A stretch of DNA of 64,000 nucleotides from Rhynchopus sp. YZ270_cl-10 (lineage: Eukaryota), in contig OZ037844.1 of assembly GCA_964035575.1 (NCBI GenBank), positions 1,488,001 through 1,552,000 of the forward strand, given 5' to 3'. Shown piece by piece: positions 22,959-34,195 of the stretch; positions within the stretch are counted from its first letter, which is position 1; every line of letters starts with the position of its first letter. The notes under the pieces are model-generated. The model had not been told where the DNA came from and made no database searches. It saw only the letters and a program-made list of their open reading frames with translations. The translations under genes and the position numbers were made by a program.

Positions 22959-25220
22959 ATTTTTTTTTCGCGATTTTTTTTAACTTAGCACTGCATGTGC
23001 TTAGAAAACCCGAATTTTTTACCCTTCAAAATTGCATTTGAGGAACTCACAACGCGTCAAAACGAAAAGGTCGTTTTTGGCACTTTTAAAACCGGGCTCC
23101 GCTGAGTTCACCATATTTTTGCTCGATTTAATTAGTGGAGTAACTAATTAGTAATCGCATTCTCGGACAAAAACTCGGGACGAGGTGTAAAAAAAAGGGG
23201 CAATACACAGAAGTGTCAATGATAATATAGCAACATCAAATAGCCAGCAACACAGCGCCGCAGGCGCACGGTACGCTACTTTTTTTTCTTTTTTCCCTAG
23301 ATTTCCCCCCCCTTTTCTTCCACTTCTTTTGACACAGCGAGCCAAACGCTCTGCACGGTGGGGTCACATGACCACGGGGGGTCATCTACAACCTCTTAAA
23401 ACCCCATTTTTCTCGGGGTGTACTTTGGTACACCCCGAATCCCTGTAAAAATCCAATTTTTTCCTGGAAAAATATTGGGGTGTACCAAAGTACACCCCGG
23501 TACACCTTGGCGGAAACTCTGGGTTTTCTTCCTTGCTTTCGTTTTGTTTTGTTTTCTTTATCTATGTGGATCCTGCCCCCCTGTGAACCGTTAGGGACCC
23601 CGCTCTGCCGTGGCAGTCGTGGTTAGCGTTGTCATGTTTGTCTGTAGCACACAAGTAAGAAGAGAGACTCGTGGTCTCATTGGCGTGTGTTTCTCAAGAG
23701 TTTGGTTATTGTTCTGTTGCCGTTTAACGGAAGCGCCTCCCCATTTACCACGTATATCGGGGGGAATATACAGGCTGCACAGATCTCGCCCCACTATGTG
23801 GCAGTCGAGCCTTGTTACGTGGCTCCCTGGCCTGACTGCGAACTCCGCGCAACCTTTTATTTTTTTACAGACATGCACTTTTGAGGATCTACTAGAATTT
23901 ATTTCACGGCTATTTTGCGTGTGCCCAGACGCTCTCCCGCTCAAACTGGCCACTGTGTGTGTACATTTCTAGTGCAATTTTTCAGTAACCGCGATTCGTC
24001 TATTGCTCCCCGTGCTTCCCACATCACACGCACATTACGTACAAATCAGGAATTTTGTATTTTTTCGTGTGACTGAGTGTGTGGATGTGTCGAGGACTTA
24101 TATTCTTCCCCAAACGCTTTAGCTCTGATTTTCTTTATCGAAACGTCGAGTGGACGCGTAATAATTTCCTGTTACCGGCCATGCCTTCGATATCAGACGC
24201 CTGTGTATATGGCACACCTTGTTGCTTTATTTTTCTGTGTTTTTGTCACACAACTTACTTCGTACATAAAAACTAACCCCATTTTTTATGTTTTATGATT
24301 ACATGCAATGCAAAAAGGAAATTGAACACCGCTCCCTACTCCCATCCTTTTTTCCATTTTTCTAATCCGGGGCGGGTTGGAGTAGAGCCACATTTCACCG
24401 ACAGGTCGAGGTGTGTGCGTTTCACCACAACCTCTCCCTTTTGTCTTTATTGTTTTTATTGCTTTATTGTTTTCGGGGGTGGGGGAAAAACATAAAAAGG
24501 AAAAGTAGGGTGCGGTTTCAATTTTGACGCTTTCTTTTTGCTTTTGTTTGAACAGACTGTTTGTACGCAGGTTACGCCTTTGTCCTACAGTGGTTTGAGC
24601 TTCTTGTGTTGACGCTGTCGAATAGGGGACACGGAATGTACGTATCCTGAAACGCACAGCATACACTGTTGTTTTATGCACACTTAGTCTTTTGCGCAAC
24701 AAGCAAGAGTAACGAGTCTCTCGAGCATTTCTTGCACCATGCTCATCCTCGAATGACATCATCTCTAGAATCAGGTTCGTGTGGAGGTGGGGAGGCAGTC
24801 TGCCAGTTGTTCTTGCTACTGTGAGCGGCGAGTTGAAGCGTTGTGCCCCTTTCAGTTGTGATGAGTGGCAAAAGAACGTCGACCTCGCTGTGTCTGCCTT
24901 CATCTGCGATGGCTGGTCGGATGTGATGCCAAGTTGCAAGAAGCACGCCACACTTCTTCTCTCGCACTGAAGAGCCTTGCAGTCTTTCTTTAGCCAAGAT
25001 CACGACAAAAGTGCTACATTTTCCACACGAAATACACGATCACCCACACCCTGCTTCGAGCGCTACATATGTGAGTGATGTCCACATGCAGAAAGGAATG
25101 AAAGCCTGAACGTGACGTCTTCAGACACCTCCTTTGTCTCCTTTGTGTCCCTCCTCCCCACCTCACAACCCACGCATAAAAAGGAAAACCACAACACACA
25201 TTAACGAGAAGTTCAAAACC

Positions 25221-27884
25221 ATGTCGAAGCGACACACAGACAGCACACCTGACGAGAAGGCACCACACAGCACAACACTTTCTGCACACAAGGTCTTGGT
25301 GGAGGCTGCCAGGAACGGTGACACGACTGCCGTGCGGGTGGGACTTGAGAAGCTCAGCCCAGACACAGACAGCAAAAGGGTTGCCTTCGATGCTGTGCAC
25401 GAGGCATGCAGAGGGAACCACGATGAATGCCTCTCACTGCTTCTTCCGTATGTTGAGACAACGCAGATGGGCTTCGGGATGCTGCTGAGTGAGTGCATCC
25501 ACGCAGACCACACTGCGTGCACGGAGGTCCTCTTGCAGCATTGGAAGTCAGTCTGCAGCAACGTTGCGTTTGTCCCACACGGGCAGGAGGACAACAAAGA
25601 CCGTCCCTGTCCAGCAATGTGGGCGGACCCTGCAGTGTGTCAGGTGCTCATTGATGCAGGGGCAGACATCGAGACAAAGGACGACATGGGACGTTCACCT
25701 CTGCACTGGTCTTGTCGTTCAGGAGCACTCGCAGTTGTGAAAATATTGGTCGAATCAGGTGCGGGAGTGTGTGGTACGTGCAACTTCGGACTCACATGTC
25801 TTATTTTTGCGGCACATCATGGACACACCGAGACTGTGCGCTATCTTGTGGTCTTGAAGGATGTGGACGTGAACGACAAGGATGAGGGCGGCTTCACTGC
25901 GGTGCTTTGTGCAGTTCATAAAAATCATTCAGATGTGATGAAGGTGCTCATTGATGCAGGGGCAGACATCGAGGCGAAGAGCAAAGATGGTCGTTCACCT
26001 CTGCTGTTTGCAAGCAGTTTAGGGCATCTCGATATTGTGAAGATCTTGGTGGAAGCTGGTGCGGGAGTGTGTGTCACTGTCAACAACGGAATCACGTGTC
26101 TTATGCTTGCGGCAAACTTTGGCCACACCGAGACTGTGCGCTATCTTGTGGGCTTGAAGGGTGTGGATGTGAATCATGCAGAGAACAACGGCTGCACTGC
26201 GTTGCACTGCGCAGTGCAGGAAGGACATGGCGATGTGGTGCAGATGCTCATTGATGCAGGGGCAGACATGGAGGCAGAGACCAGCGCGGGCGATTCTGCA
26301 CTGCTCTTGGCTGTCTTTCATGGGAAGCTGGAAGTTGCCAAGGTGTTGGTCGAAGCAGGTGCGAGAGTGTGTGTCACAGACAGCAAAGGACTCACATGTC
26401 TTATGCGTGCTGCTAATTGTGGACACACCGAGACTGTGTGCTATCTAGTGGGCTTGAGGGATGTGGATGTGAATCATGAAAATGAGAACGGCACCTCTGC
26501 GTTGCTCTGCGCAGTGCAGAAGGGACTTCCCACTGTGGTGCAGGTGCTCATTGATGCAGGGGCAGACGTGCAGGCAAAGAACACTAATGGAGAATTGCCT
26601 CTACACTTTGCTAGCTTCATGGGCGAGCTGGGGGCTGTGAAGATGTTGGTCGAAGCAGGTGCGGGAGTGCGTGTCACAGACAAGAAAGGGGAGACGTGTC
26701 TTATGCTTGCGTCGGGCGCTGGACACACCGAGACTGTGCGCTATCTTGTGGGCCTGAAGGAGGTGGATGTGAATCATGAACAGAACAACGGCTGCACTGC
26801 GTTGCACTGCGCAGTGCAGGGAGGACATGGCGCTGTGGTGCAGGTGCTCATTGATGCAGGGGCAGACATGGAGGCAAAGAACAACGGGGGTGGTTCGGCA
26901 CTGCTCTTGGCTAGCTTTCACGGGAAGCTGGAAGTTGCCAAGGTGTTGGTCGAAGCAGGTGCGGACGTGTGTGTCACAGACCACACAGGACTCACATGTC
27001 TTATGCTTGCGTCATATTTTGGACACACCGAGACTGTGCGTGCTCTTCTGTGCATGCCTGAGGTGGATGTGAATCACGTACTGAACGCAGAGAACAACAG
27101 CTCCACTTCGCTACACTACGCAGTGTTAAAGAAGCACGCAGATGTGGTGCAGGTGCTCATTGCTGCAGGGGCTGATGTTGATGCAAAGAACAGCATAGGA
27201 AGCACACCACTTCACTGTGCTTGTGAGGTTGGGGAACTCGACCTTGTGCAGATGTTGGTCGAAGCAGGTGCGGACGTGAGTCTGGTGGACGATAAGACTA
27301 ACACGTGTCTTATCGTTGCGGCGTATGCAGGACACACCGAGACTGTGCGCTATCTTGTGGGCTTGAAGGATGTGGACGTGAATTATCGAGGCACAAGCAA
27401 CTCCACAGCGTTGTACAGTGCTGTGCAGGAAGGACATCACGATGTGCTTGAGGTTCTCATTGATGCAGGGGCAGATATGGAGGTTGCGAACAGCAGGGGT
27501 ACACTGGCTCTGGAGGTTGCGTGCAATGGTGGGGATGTTGTGAGTGTGAAGATGTTGGTCGAAGCAGGCGCAAATGTGCATGTTGCAGACACGAATAGAG
27601 CCTCCTGTCTCATGCTTGCAGTGCTTGAAGGACACGCCGAGACGGTGCGCTACCTTGCAGGCTTGCCACAGGTGGACGTGGATGAAGTGCGTCAAGGAAA
27701 GACTGCGCTGTGCTGTGCACTGGACGGGGGAGCACATGCCGATGTGGTGCAGGCGCTTGGTGCGACACGTCGCATGCATGTCTCACGGACAGCGTGTGGT
27801 GGATGTCCTGTTGTATGGTGGGGTATTGGGGGTTTGTTTTTGGGGGTCTATGGTTATTTCAAACTAGCGAGAAGGGGTGTTTAG
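25221..27884 (+). CDS. Long ankyrin-repeat protein with C-terminal TM tail (array copy 3)
   Basis: Uninterrupted paralogous ORF. Confidence 0.93.
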   Translation: MSKRHTDSTPDEKAPHSTTLSAHKVLVEAARNGDTTAVRVGLEKLSPDTDSKRVAFDAVHEACRGNHDECLSLLLPYVETTQMGFGMLLSECIHADHTACTEVLLQHWKSVCSNVAFVPHGQEDNKDRPCPAMWADPAVCQVLIDAGADIETKDDMGRSPLHWSCRSGALAVVKILVESGAGVCGTCNFGLTCLIFAAHHGHTETVRYLVVLKDVDVNDKDEGGFTAVLCAVHKNHSDVMKVLIDAGADIEAKSKDGRSPLLFASSLGHLDIVKILVEAGAGVCVTVNNGITCLMLAANFGHTETVRYLVGLKGVDVNHAENNGCTALHCAVQEGHGDVVQMLIDAGADMEAETSAGDSALLLAVFHGKLEVAKVLVEAGARVCVTDSKGLTCLMRAANCGHTETVCYLVGLRDVDVNHENENGTSALLCAVQKGLPTVVQVLIDAGADVQAKNTNGELPLHFASFMGELGAVKMLVEAGAGVRVTDKKGETCLMLASGAGHTETVRYLVGLKEVDVNHEQNNGCTALHCAVQGGHGAVVQVLIDAGADMEAKNNGGGSALLLASFHGKLEVAKVLVEAGADVCVTDHTGLTCLMLASYFGHTETVRALLCMPEVDVNHVLNAENNSSTSLHYAVLKKHADVVQVLIAAGADVDAKNSIGSTPLHCACEVGELDLVQMLVEAGADVSLVDDKTNTCLIVAAYAGHTETVRYLVGLKDVDVNYRGTSNSTALYSAVQEGHHDVLEVLIDAGADMEVANSRGTLALEVACNGGDVVSVKMLVEAGANVHVADTNRASCLMLAVLEGHAETVRYLAGLPQVDVDEVRQGKTALCCALDGGAHADVVQALGATRRMHVSRTACGGCPVVWWGIGGLFLGVYGYFKLARRGV

Positions 27885-28700
27885 GAAATGTGAAGATGTT
27901 GGTCGAAGGTGTGGAGTGAGCATCACGACAACATGCAAGACGTGTCTTATCATTGCGTTTGTTTTCTTCCCCTGACAACGCACTTGTGGAGTCCCGCGCA
28001 GCTGATGTTGTGCGATAGGTGACGATAGGCCGCAGAAGGTGAAGAAGTTTTGTGTGGAAACACCTTTTCGCCTTATTCCTCTTATTTTGCCTCTTTTTCT
28101 CCTACTAAGGTGCCACACTCTCCTGCCTACTCTTAACCCGCTCATGTTGCAATTGCGGTGCTGTACATGCTTTGTACTGCACATATGAACGAACTGTTGG
28201 GTGATGTTTTAGCTTTTGTCCCCACATTTCATTTTTACAGGACATAGCAACCCAACCCCCTCCTATAGACAGCACCCATCCCATGTCTGTGCTCCGCTCC
28301 TGTCCACAAACTTCACAGAATTCTACAAGACATGTTCACAACATTCAAACGGGAAGATTTGGGTTTTTCTGTACTTCATGGATAATACAAGTAATGATCA
28401 CAACCAAAGGGTAGAGGCGAGTTGGGGTAGATACGATCAACACGGTTTAAAAATGATGTAAGAGATAACCGAATGGAGTGGGAACGCTAGTTAGAGCGCA
28501 GCGGAAACGATAGTGGGAACGCAACGAGCTTTTTTTCATAATGTTTTATTCTTCCCCACAAAATATCACGCGCAGAGAAACACTCGTTTTTTCACACAGC
28601 GCATCCGTTGTTTGTTTTCTCAACGACACCTTTTTTCAAAAAAAGGGGGCACACAGGGTACCACGGGCGGTCATATCATTGCTTTTCCTTTAATTTATAA

Positions 28701-28732
28701 GGTGCCCAGGCCCCGGAGGGCTTGGGTGCACT
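28701..28732 (+). other. Recurrent bulged stem-loop motif (divergent, covarying copy)
   Basis: GGTGC CCAGGC cccggagg GCTTGG GT GCACT. Confidence 0.55.
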
Positions 28733-28753
28733 TTATATTTTTATTTTTTTTAA

Positions 28754-30769
28754 CCCTCTGCCTCCCAAGCCGTTTTTTCAAGCCACTTTTGAGTTTTGGT
28801 TTTTGGGGCTCTCCAACCGGTAAGGGGACCCCAGATGCAAATTTTTGATCGTACCTGGCCGCAATTGAAAGATTTTGAACACGGCTTTCAATTCCATTTT
28901 TTTAAGTTTTTTTTCGAAAAAAAATGTCATCCCCAAAATGAGGGAAGCATAAAATCCACATTTTGGTTTTTGACTAATTCGGCCTGCCGAGGAAAACCCC
29001 GTAAATTATTGTTGTCCGAAAATGGCGTTATTTGAAAGATTGATCACAAAATCTTTTCAAAGAAAAAAAAATCGAGCAAAAAGTCCTAGTAGAACCCAAC
29101 TTATATGAGTGCAGCTCTGTTAGCAGCCATGTCTAAAACTGATTTCCTTAACGATTTACACTGAAACATGTCTAAAAACGTAAAAAATGGGCGATTTTTT
29201 ACCATTTGGGCATCTCCTGAGGTCGAAAGCCCCCAGAATGGGTCGGAACGGCCCTGTGACCCGAAAATCCATGAAAAAAGCACCCCGAAATACGAAAAAA
29301 CAGTGAAAATTCGGCTTACTGTGTGCTCTGCATAGGTCGTGTGTGTGGGATGTTTTTGTGGTTTTTGTGGCAACTCGCCCCAGCATCCAAATGGCAAACA
29401 GATGCAAAAAGGTTTTCGATTGTTGCTTATTTTAAAAGATTTGAGTCAAATAGTTTCCCTATAAACCAAAGGATTTTTACGAAAACAAGCAGAACCATTA
29501 TCAGATCATGATGACCCCTAGTCATAACCATGTCCTTCGGGTCGAAGGGGTGCCTCTTGGGTGGGTAGCAGTTCACAGATCCAAAGTGCAATCAGATGCG
29601 TAAAAGTTTTCGATTTTTGTTTCTTTTGAAAGATTCGTGTCAAAATCTTTGAAATATGTAAAAATATTTTACCGAAAACGAGTAGAACCTCATACAGAGC
29701 ATGGGGTGTCATTGAGGAACCAGAATAGGGGGTGCCCGTCCAAAGGGCCGTGAAAAGTGGTACTACCCCCCCCCAGCATCGAAAGTAATATCAGATGCAT
29801 AAAAGTTTTCGATTTTTGCTTCTTTTGAAAGATCGGTGCAAATTCTTTCAACATAACCTATCTCTGCTACCACGTCCTGGGCTGGACGTTAAATTGCATC
29901 CGGGGGCCCTTTTGTGGCACTCCTCCTGAAACTCTATGAAGGTCTGACCTGAGGGTAAAAGGTGCTGGGTATGCTACCCTGGGTGCTGAAGGCAGGCACA
30001 CAACATGTGTGGAGGGACCTGCAGAGCCCTAGCCAGTGAAGCCAAGGAGGCCCCCCTAGGAAACTAGGGAACGGATTGGAAGAGACCTCGCCGGTAGCCG
30101 GGAACCCTCCCTGGGCTAGTACAATGATGAAACTTCAATCTTAAGTCCACACCCATGTGGCGGCCGCTTTGGCATGCGTCTGTAAGGACAGCCTTGACTG
30201 ATACTTTCTGTATTAGCACACGATTGCCTCCCTGAAGGCTACGTAGCTACCTGAGTACAAAAAAAAAAAAAAAAAAGTGTTTTTACGAAAATGGGTAGAA
30301 CCTATGTCAGAGCACGTTGTCTTACAGATTTTAGAATATGGGGGGGTCACAGGGGTGCTCACACCCCCACCCCGCCTCCCCCCAGCATCCAAAGTAATAT
30401 CCGATGCATAAAAGTTTTCGATTCTTGCTTCTTTTGAAAGATCGGCGAAAAATCTTTCGAAATATATAAAAAATTGTGTTCACGAAAATGGGTCGAACCC
30501 AACTGAGGGCTTGGCGGCATTGGGTATCGCGAAAGGTACAGATTGGGGGTGTGGGTGAAAAAACGTCAGTTTCGGTGAAAGTAGCACCCCAGCCCCCAGC
30601 ACCGAAAGTAATACCAGATGCATAAAAGTTTTCGACTCTTGCTTCTTTTGAAAGATCGGTGCAAATTCTTTCCACATAAAAAAAATGTTTTTACAAAAAT
30701 GAGTTGAACCTGTCTAACAGCATGGCGTCATTTCGAAAGCCATTAAAGTGGCTCTTGGGGCGTATAGGG
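28754..30769. mobile_element. piggyBac-like non-autonomous element
   Basis: TTAA|CCCTCTGCCTCCCAAG ... CTTGGGGCGTATAGGG|TTAA (12/16 TIR match), with about five internal direct repeats (GATGCATAAAAGTTTTCGA...TTTTGAAAGAT). Confidence 0.65.
29857..30276 (+). mobile_element. SINE-like retroposon with 18-nt poly(A) tail
   Basis: GC-richer 420-bp insert that splits one internal repeat of the piggyBac-like element at its A-run (compare the intact unit at 30664-30700) and ends in A18. Confidence 0.7.
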
Positions 30770-30773
30770 TTAA

Positions 30774-31200
30774 CCCTTTAGACCCCAGATACCCATATAT
30801 GGGTAGCAGAATGGCGCCATACAATTAGGAATATTCTACTCAAAATGGGAAAAACATTTTTTATATTTTGAAAGATTTTGCGCCGATCTTTCAAAAGAAG
30901 CAATAATCGAAAAGATTTGTGCATCTAATATTTTTTTGGATGCTGGGGGGAAGGCGGAGCTGCCACGGAAAATCATGTTTTTTGACCAACACCCCCTGAA
31001 ATAACCCTCCTAATACCACTAGGCTATTACTGGGGTTCTACTCAGTTTCAGAAAAACATTTTTTTATATTTTGAAAGATTTTTCACCGATCTTTCAAAAT
31101 ACGCCATCTAAGAACACTTTTATGCATCTGGGTTTTCCTTGGATGCCGGGGAGCGTGGAAAAGTACGAAAAAAGGGTCACTTTTCAGAGTCTCCATGTGA
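30774..31200. mobile_element. Second, truncated piggyBac-like end in opposite orientation sharing the TTAA
   Basis: TTAA|CCCTTTAGACCCCAG followed by two reverse-complement copies of the same internal repeat. Confidence 0.5.
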
Positions 31201-31481
31201 TTAAAAATTTGGAGGTGAGGGAGCCGAGTTTGGTGTCGTTCGGAGATGTGCTCCCAGGCAATTCTTTCGAGTCACGGGCTGGGGAGCTTCCTGCAAGCAG
31301 AGGAAGCTGTGCTTTCCGTAGGCCACTCTGTCTTACCTCAGCAGAGTTGGTCGTTACGGGGCAGGCGATGTGGCTCGCTGGGGTGATCCCTTCGAGGTGC
31401 CCGCATCGGTTCGCAAAGAACTGTATGAGGCGTGGGGGATCCTGATCCGGAACGAGTGGTACACACCCAAAGAACGCGCCT

Positions 31482-31850
31482 TTGTACAGAGGATGGTCGG
31501 ACGCTTCGTCTACAGCATGGGAGGTAATCCTTGAGACACTTTTTCCGTGGTGCGTAGAAGCAGAGAAGATGGGTACTTTCGTGGTTTCGAGTCGACATAT
31601 TTTTTTGAAGGAAATGCTGGCGGCCCTACAGTGTATGGCGATGGCAGCGAAGGAACCGGGGTAAAGGACCTTTGCATTTTTGTGGATAACGCTGCAGTGG
31701 TGTCGACAATCAATTCCGGCCATTCGTCGTACTACCTCGGGAATGAGATTCTGTGTTTGCTGTTCGCACTTGGAGACAATCGAGGGATGCACATCTTTTC
31801 GGAATGGGTCCCTTCAGATTTTGAGAAGGCCGACACCCGCGGCACCGCTC
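31482..31850 (+). pseudogene. DIRS/tyrosine-recombinase retroelement-type RNase H relic
   Basis: WSDASSTAW ... HIFLKEMLAAL, then a frameshift near 31660, then IFVDNAAVVSTINSGHS ... SEWVPSDFEKAD. This follows the D-E-D-D motif order typical of DIRS1-like RNase H. Confidence 0.7.
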
Positions 31851-31959
31851 ACCCGAATACTCAACCGTCTCACCAAAAAGATGGCGACAAGGCTGGACAC
31901 GAAAAATTGGTAGCGACCGCCGTCTCTAACAGGAGGGTTACTGGGTACAAACAGACGAA

Positions 31960-32594
31960 TCCGCCCTCACGGGTATGAGCTAACCTCCCGCCTACAATGG
32001 CACGAGTGAACCGATCCGCCCTCACGGGTATGAATGAGCCTTCCGCCATCACGATCGACTGATTTTCTGCCCTCACGGTTCGGGTGAACCTATCCGCCCT
32101 CACAGGCATGAGTGCGCCTTCCGCCCTCACGGGTACGTGAACCTATCCGCCCTCTCGGGTATGAGTGAGCCATCCGCCCTCACGGGTATGAGTGAGCCAT
32201 CCGCCATCACGGGTATGAGTGTACCTTCCGCCATCACGATTTGGACTGATCTTCCGCCCTCACGGGTACGTGTACCTATCCGCCCTCACGGGTATGAATG
32301 CACTTTCCGCCCTCACGGGTACCGTCATCACGGTTTAGACTGATCTTCCGCCCTCACGGGTATGAGTGTACCTATCCGCCCTCACGGGTATGAATGCACT
32401 TTCCGCCCTCACGGGTACCGTCATCACGGTTTAGACTGATCTTCCGCCCTCACGGGTATGAGTGTACCTTCCGCCATCACGATTTTGACTGATCTTCCGC
32501 CCTCACGGGTATGAATGCACCTTCCGCCCTCACGGGTACGAGTGATCTTCCGCCCTCACGGGTATGCGTAACAATATCCGCCCTCACGGGTATG
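31960..32594. repeat. Minisatellite of ~25-28-bp unit with core TCCGCCCTCACGGGTA
   Basis: About 20 diverged tandem copies directly downstream of the RNase H relic. Confidence 0.92.
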
Positions 32595-32784
32595 GCTGTT
32601 TTTAACTTTGGGCATGATGGCTTTATAGGCTGTGAGAGGGTTGATCTGTCGCTGAGATGATCCGCCTGTTCAGGGCATGAATTAATTTATGCACAAAGAT
32701 CCCCTCCACAAGTGCGTCAAGGACGTTAAAAACAGCTGCGGGTTCTGCCTGCTACGCAGTCCCTCCCTTCGTTCGGGATTTGGG

Positions 32785-33063
32785 GCGATCAACGAAAAAA
32801 CTTTCTCTCTTTTTTTCCTTGTTTTCGTTTCTTTTTACTGAATATCTATCTAAAAAAGGAAGAGTTTTATTTTTGAATATACGAGAATCGTCATATAAAA
32901 ATAAAACTCTGTTTTTAGATAGTGCTTGCCGAATTACTCCCCAGATTCATTCACTCAGGGACACTAATTCGAGCGATCAACGAAAAAACTTTCTCTCTTT
33001 TTTTCCTTGTTTTCGTTTCTTTTTACTGAATATCTATCTAAAAAAGGAAGAGTTTTATTTTTT
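32785..33063. repeat. Two direct copies of a ~90-bp AT-rich segment
   Basis: GCGATCAACGAAAAAACTTTCTCTC...GGAAGAGTTTTATTTTT at 32785 and 32973. Confidence 0.9.
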
Positions 33064-34195
33064 GATAAAACAACGTGTTGTCAATTCTAAAAATATTGGA
33101 GGCAGCGCTGCAAACAAAACGGATTGAAAAAAAAAAAACAGAAGCTTGCTTGTTTTCTTTGAGTACTCAATGAACCACAACAACAGTACTTCAGTTTAAC
33201 ACATTTTTTCACCTTTTTGTTTTCCCGGCTTTGAGCGCACAAACAAAAACTGTTTGTACGCAGGTTACGCCTTTTCCCTACAGTGGTTTGAGCTTCTTGT
33301 GTAGACACTTTCGAATAGAGGACACGGAATGTACGTATCCTGAAACGCACAGCATACACTGTTGTTTTATGCACATTTAGTCTTTTGCGCAACAAGCAAG
33401 AGTAACGAGTCTCTCGAGCATTTCTTGCACCATGCTCATCCTCGAATGACAGCATCCCTTGACAACACTGGAATCCCGCACAGCTGATGCTGTGCGATAA
33501 CGAATGTGATCAAGGTGAGGAACCACGAGAGCTTCAGGTTCATCTTTGTAAACTTTTCTTTCTTTCCCCTTCGCAGATGTGAAACTCGCACCTGTGAATT
33601 CCAAAACAATTCTCTTTAATGATGATCAACACAATGCAGACATCAGCCACATAAAAAACAGTACGACTCCATTTGTTTTGCATCCAACTTCAATACCCCC
33701 GTCACAAAGTGTACCAACAAGGACCACTTCCGTTTGGCTTAGAATCAGGTTCGTGTGGAGGTGGGGAGGCAGTCTGCCAGTTGTTCTTGCTACTGTGAGC
33801 GGCGAGTTGAAGCGTTGTGCCCCTTTCAGTTGTGATGAGTGGCAAAAGAACGTCGACCTCGCTGTGTCTGCCTTCATCTGCGATGGCTGGTCGGATGTGA
33901 TGCCAAGTTGCAAGAAGCACGCCACACTTCTTCTCTCGCACTGAAGAGCCTTGCAGTCTTTCTTTAGCCAAGATCACGACAAAAAGTGCTACATTTTCCA
34001 CACGAAATACACGATCACCCACACCCTGCTTCGAGCGCTACATATGTGAGTGATGTCCACATGCAGAAAGGAATGAAAGCCTGAAAGTGACGTCTTCAGA
34101 CACCTCCTTTGTCTCCTTTGTGTCCCTCCTCCCCACCTCACAACCCACGCATAAAAAGGAAAACCACAACACACATTAACGAGAAGTTCAAAACC

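Larger units (their letters stand above)
19187..23521. mobile_element. Large composite TIR element with CAG ends and 5-bp TSD
   Basis: TIR CAG(G/A)GTTTCCGCCA, GGTTT at 19182-19186 and 23522-23526, subterminal GGGGTGTAC repeats at both ends, several nested elements inside. Confidence 0.72.

Noticed and set aside
31960..32594. CRISPR-like appearance of a repeated core with short variable intervals
   Set aside because: Intervals are ~10 nt and mutually related, there are no cas genes, and the context is eukaryotic; it is a minisatellite.
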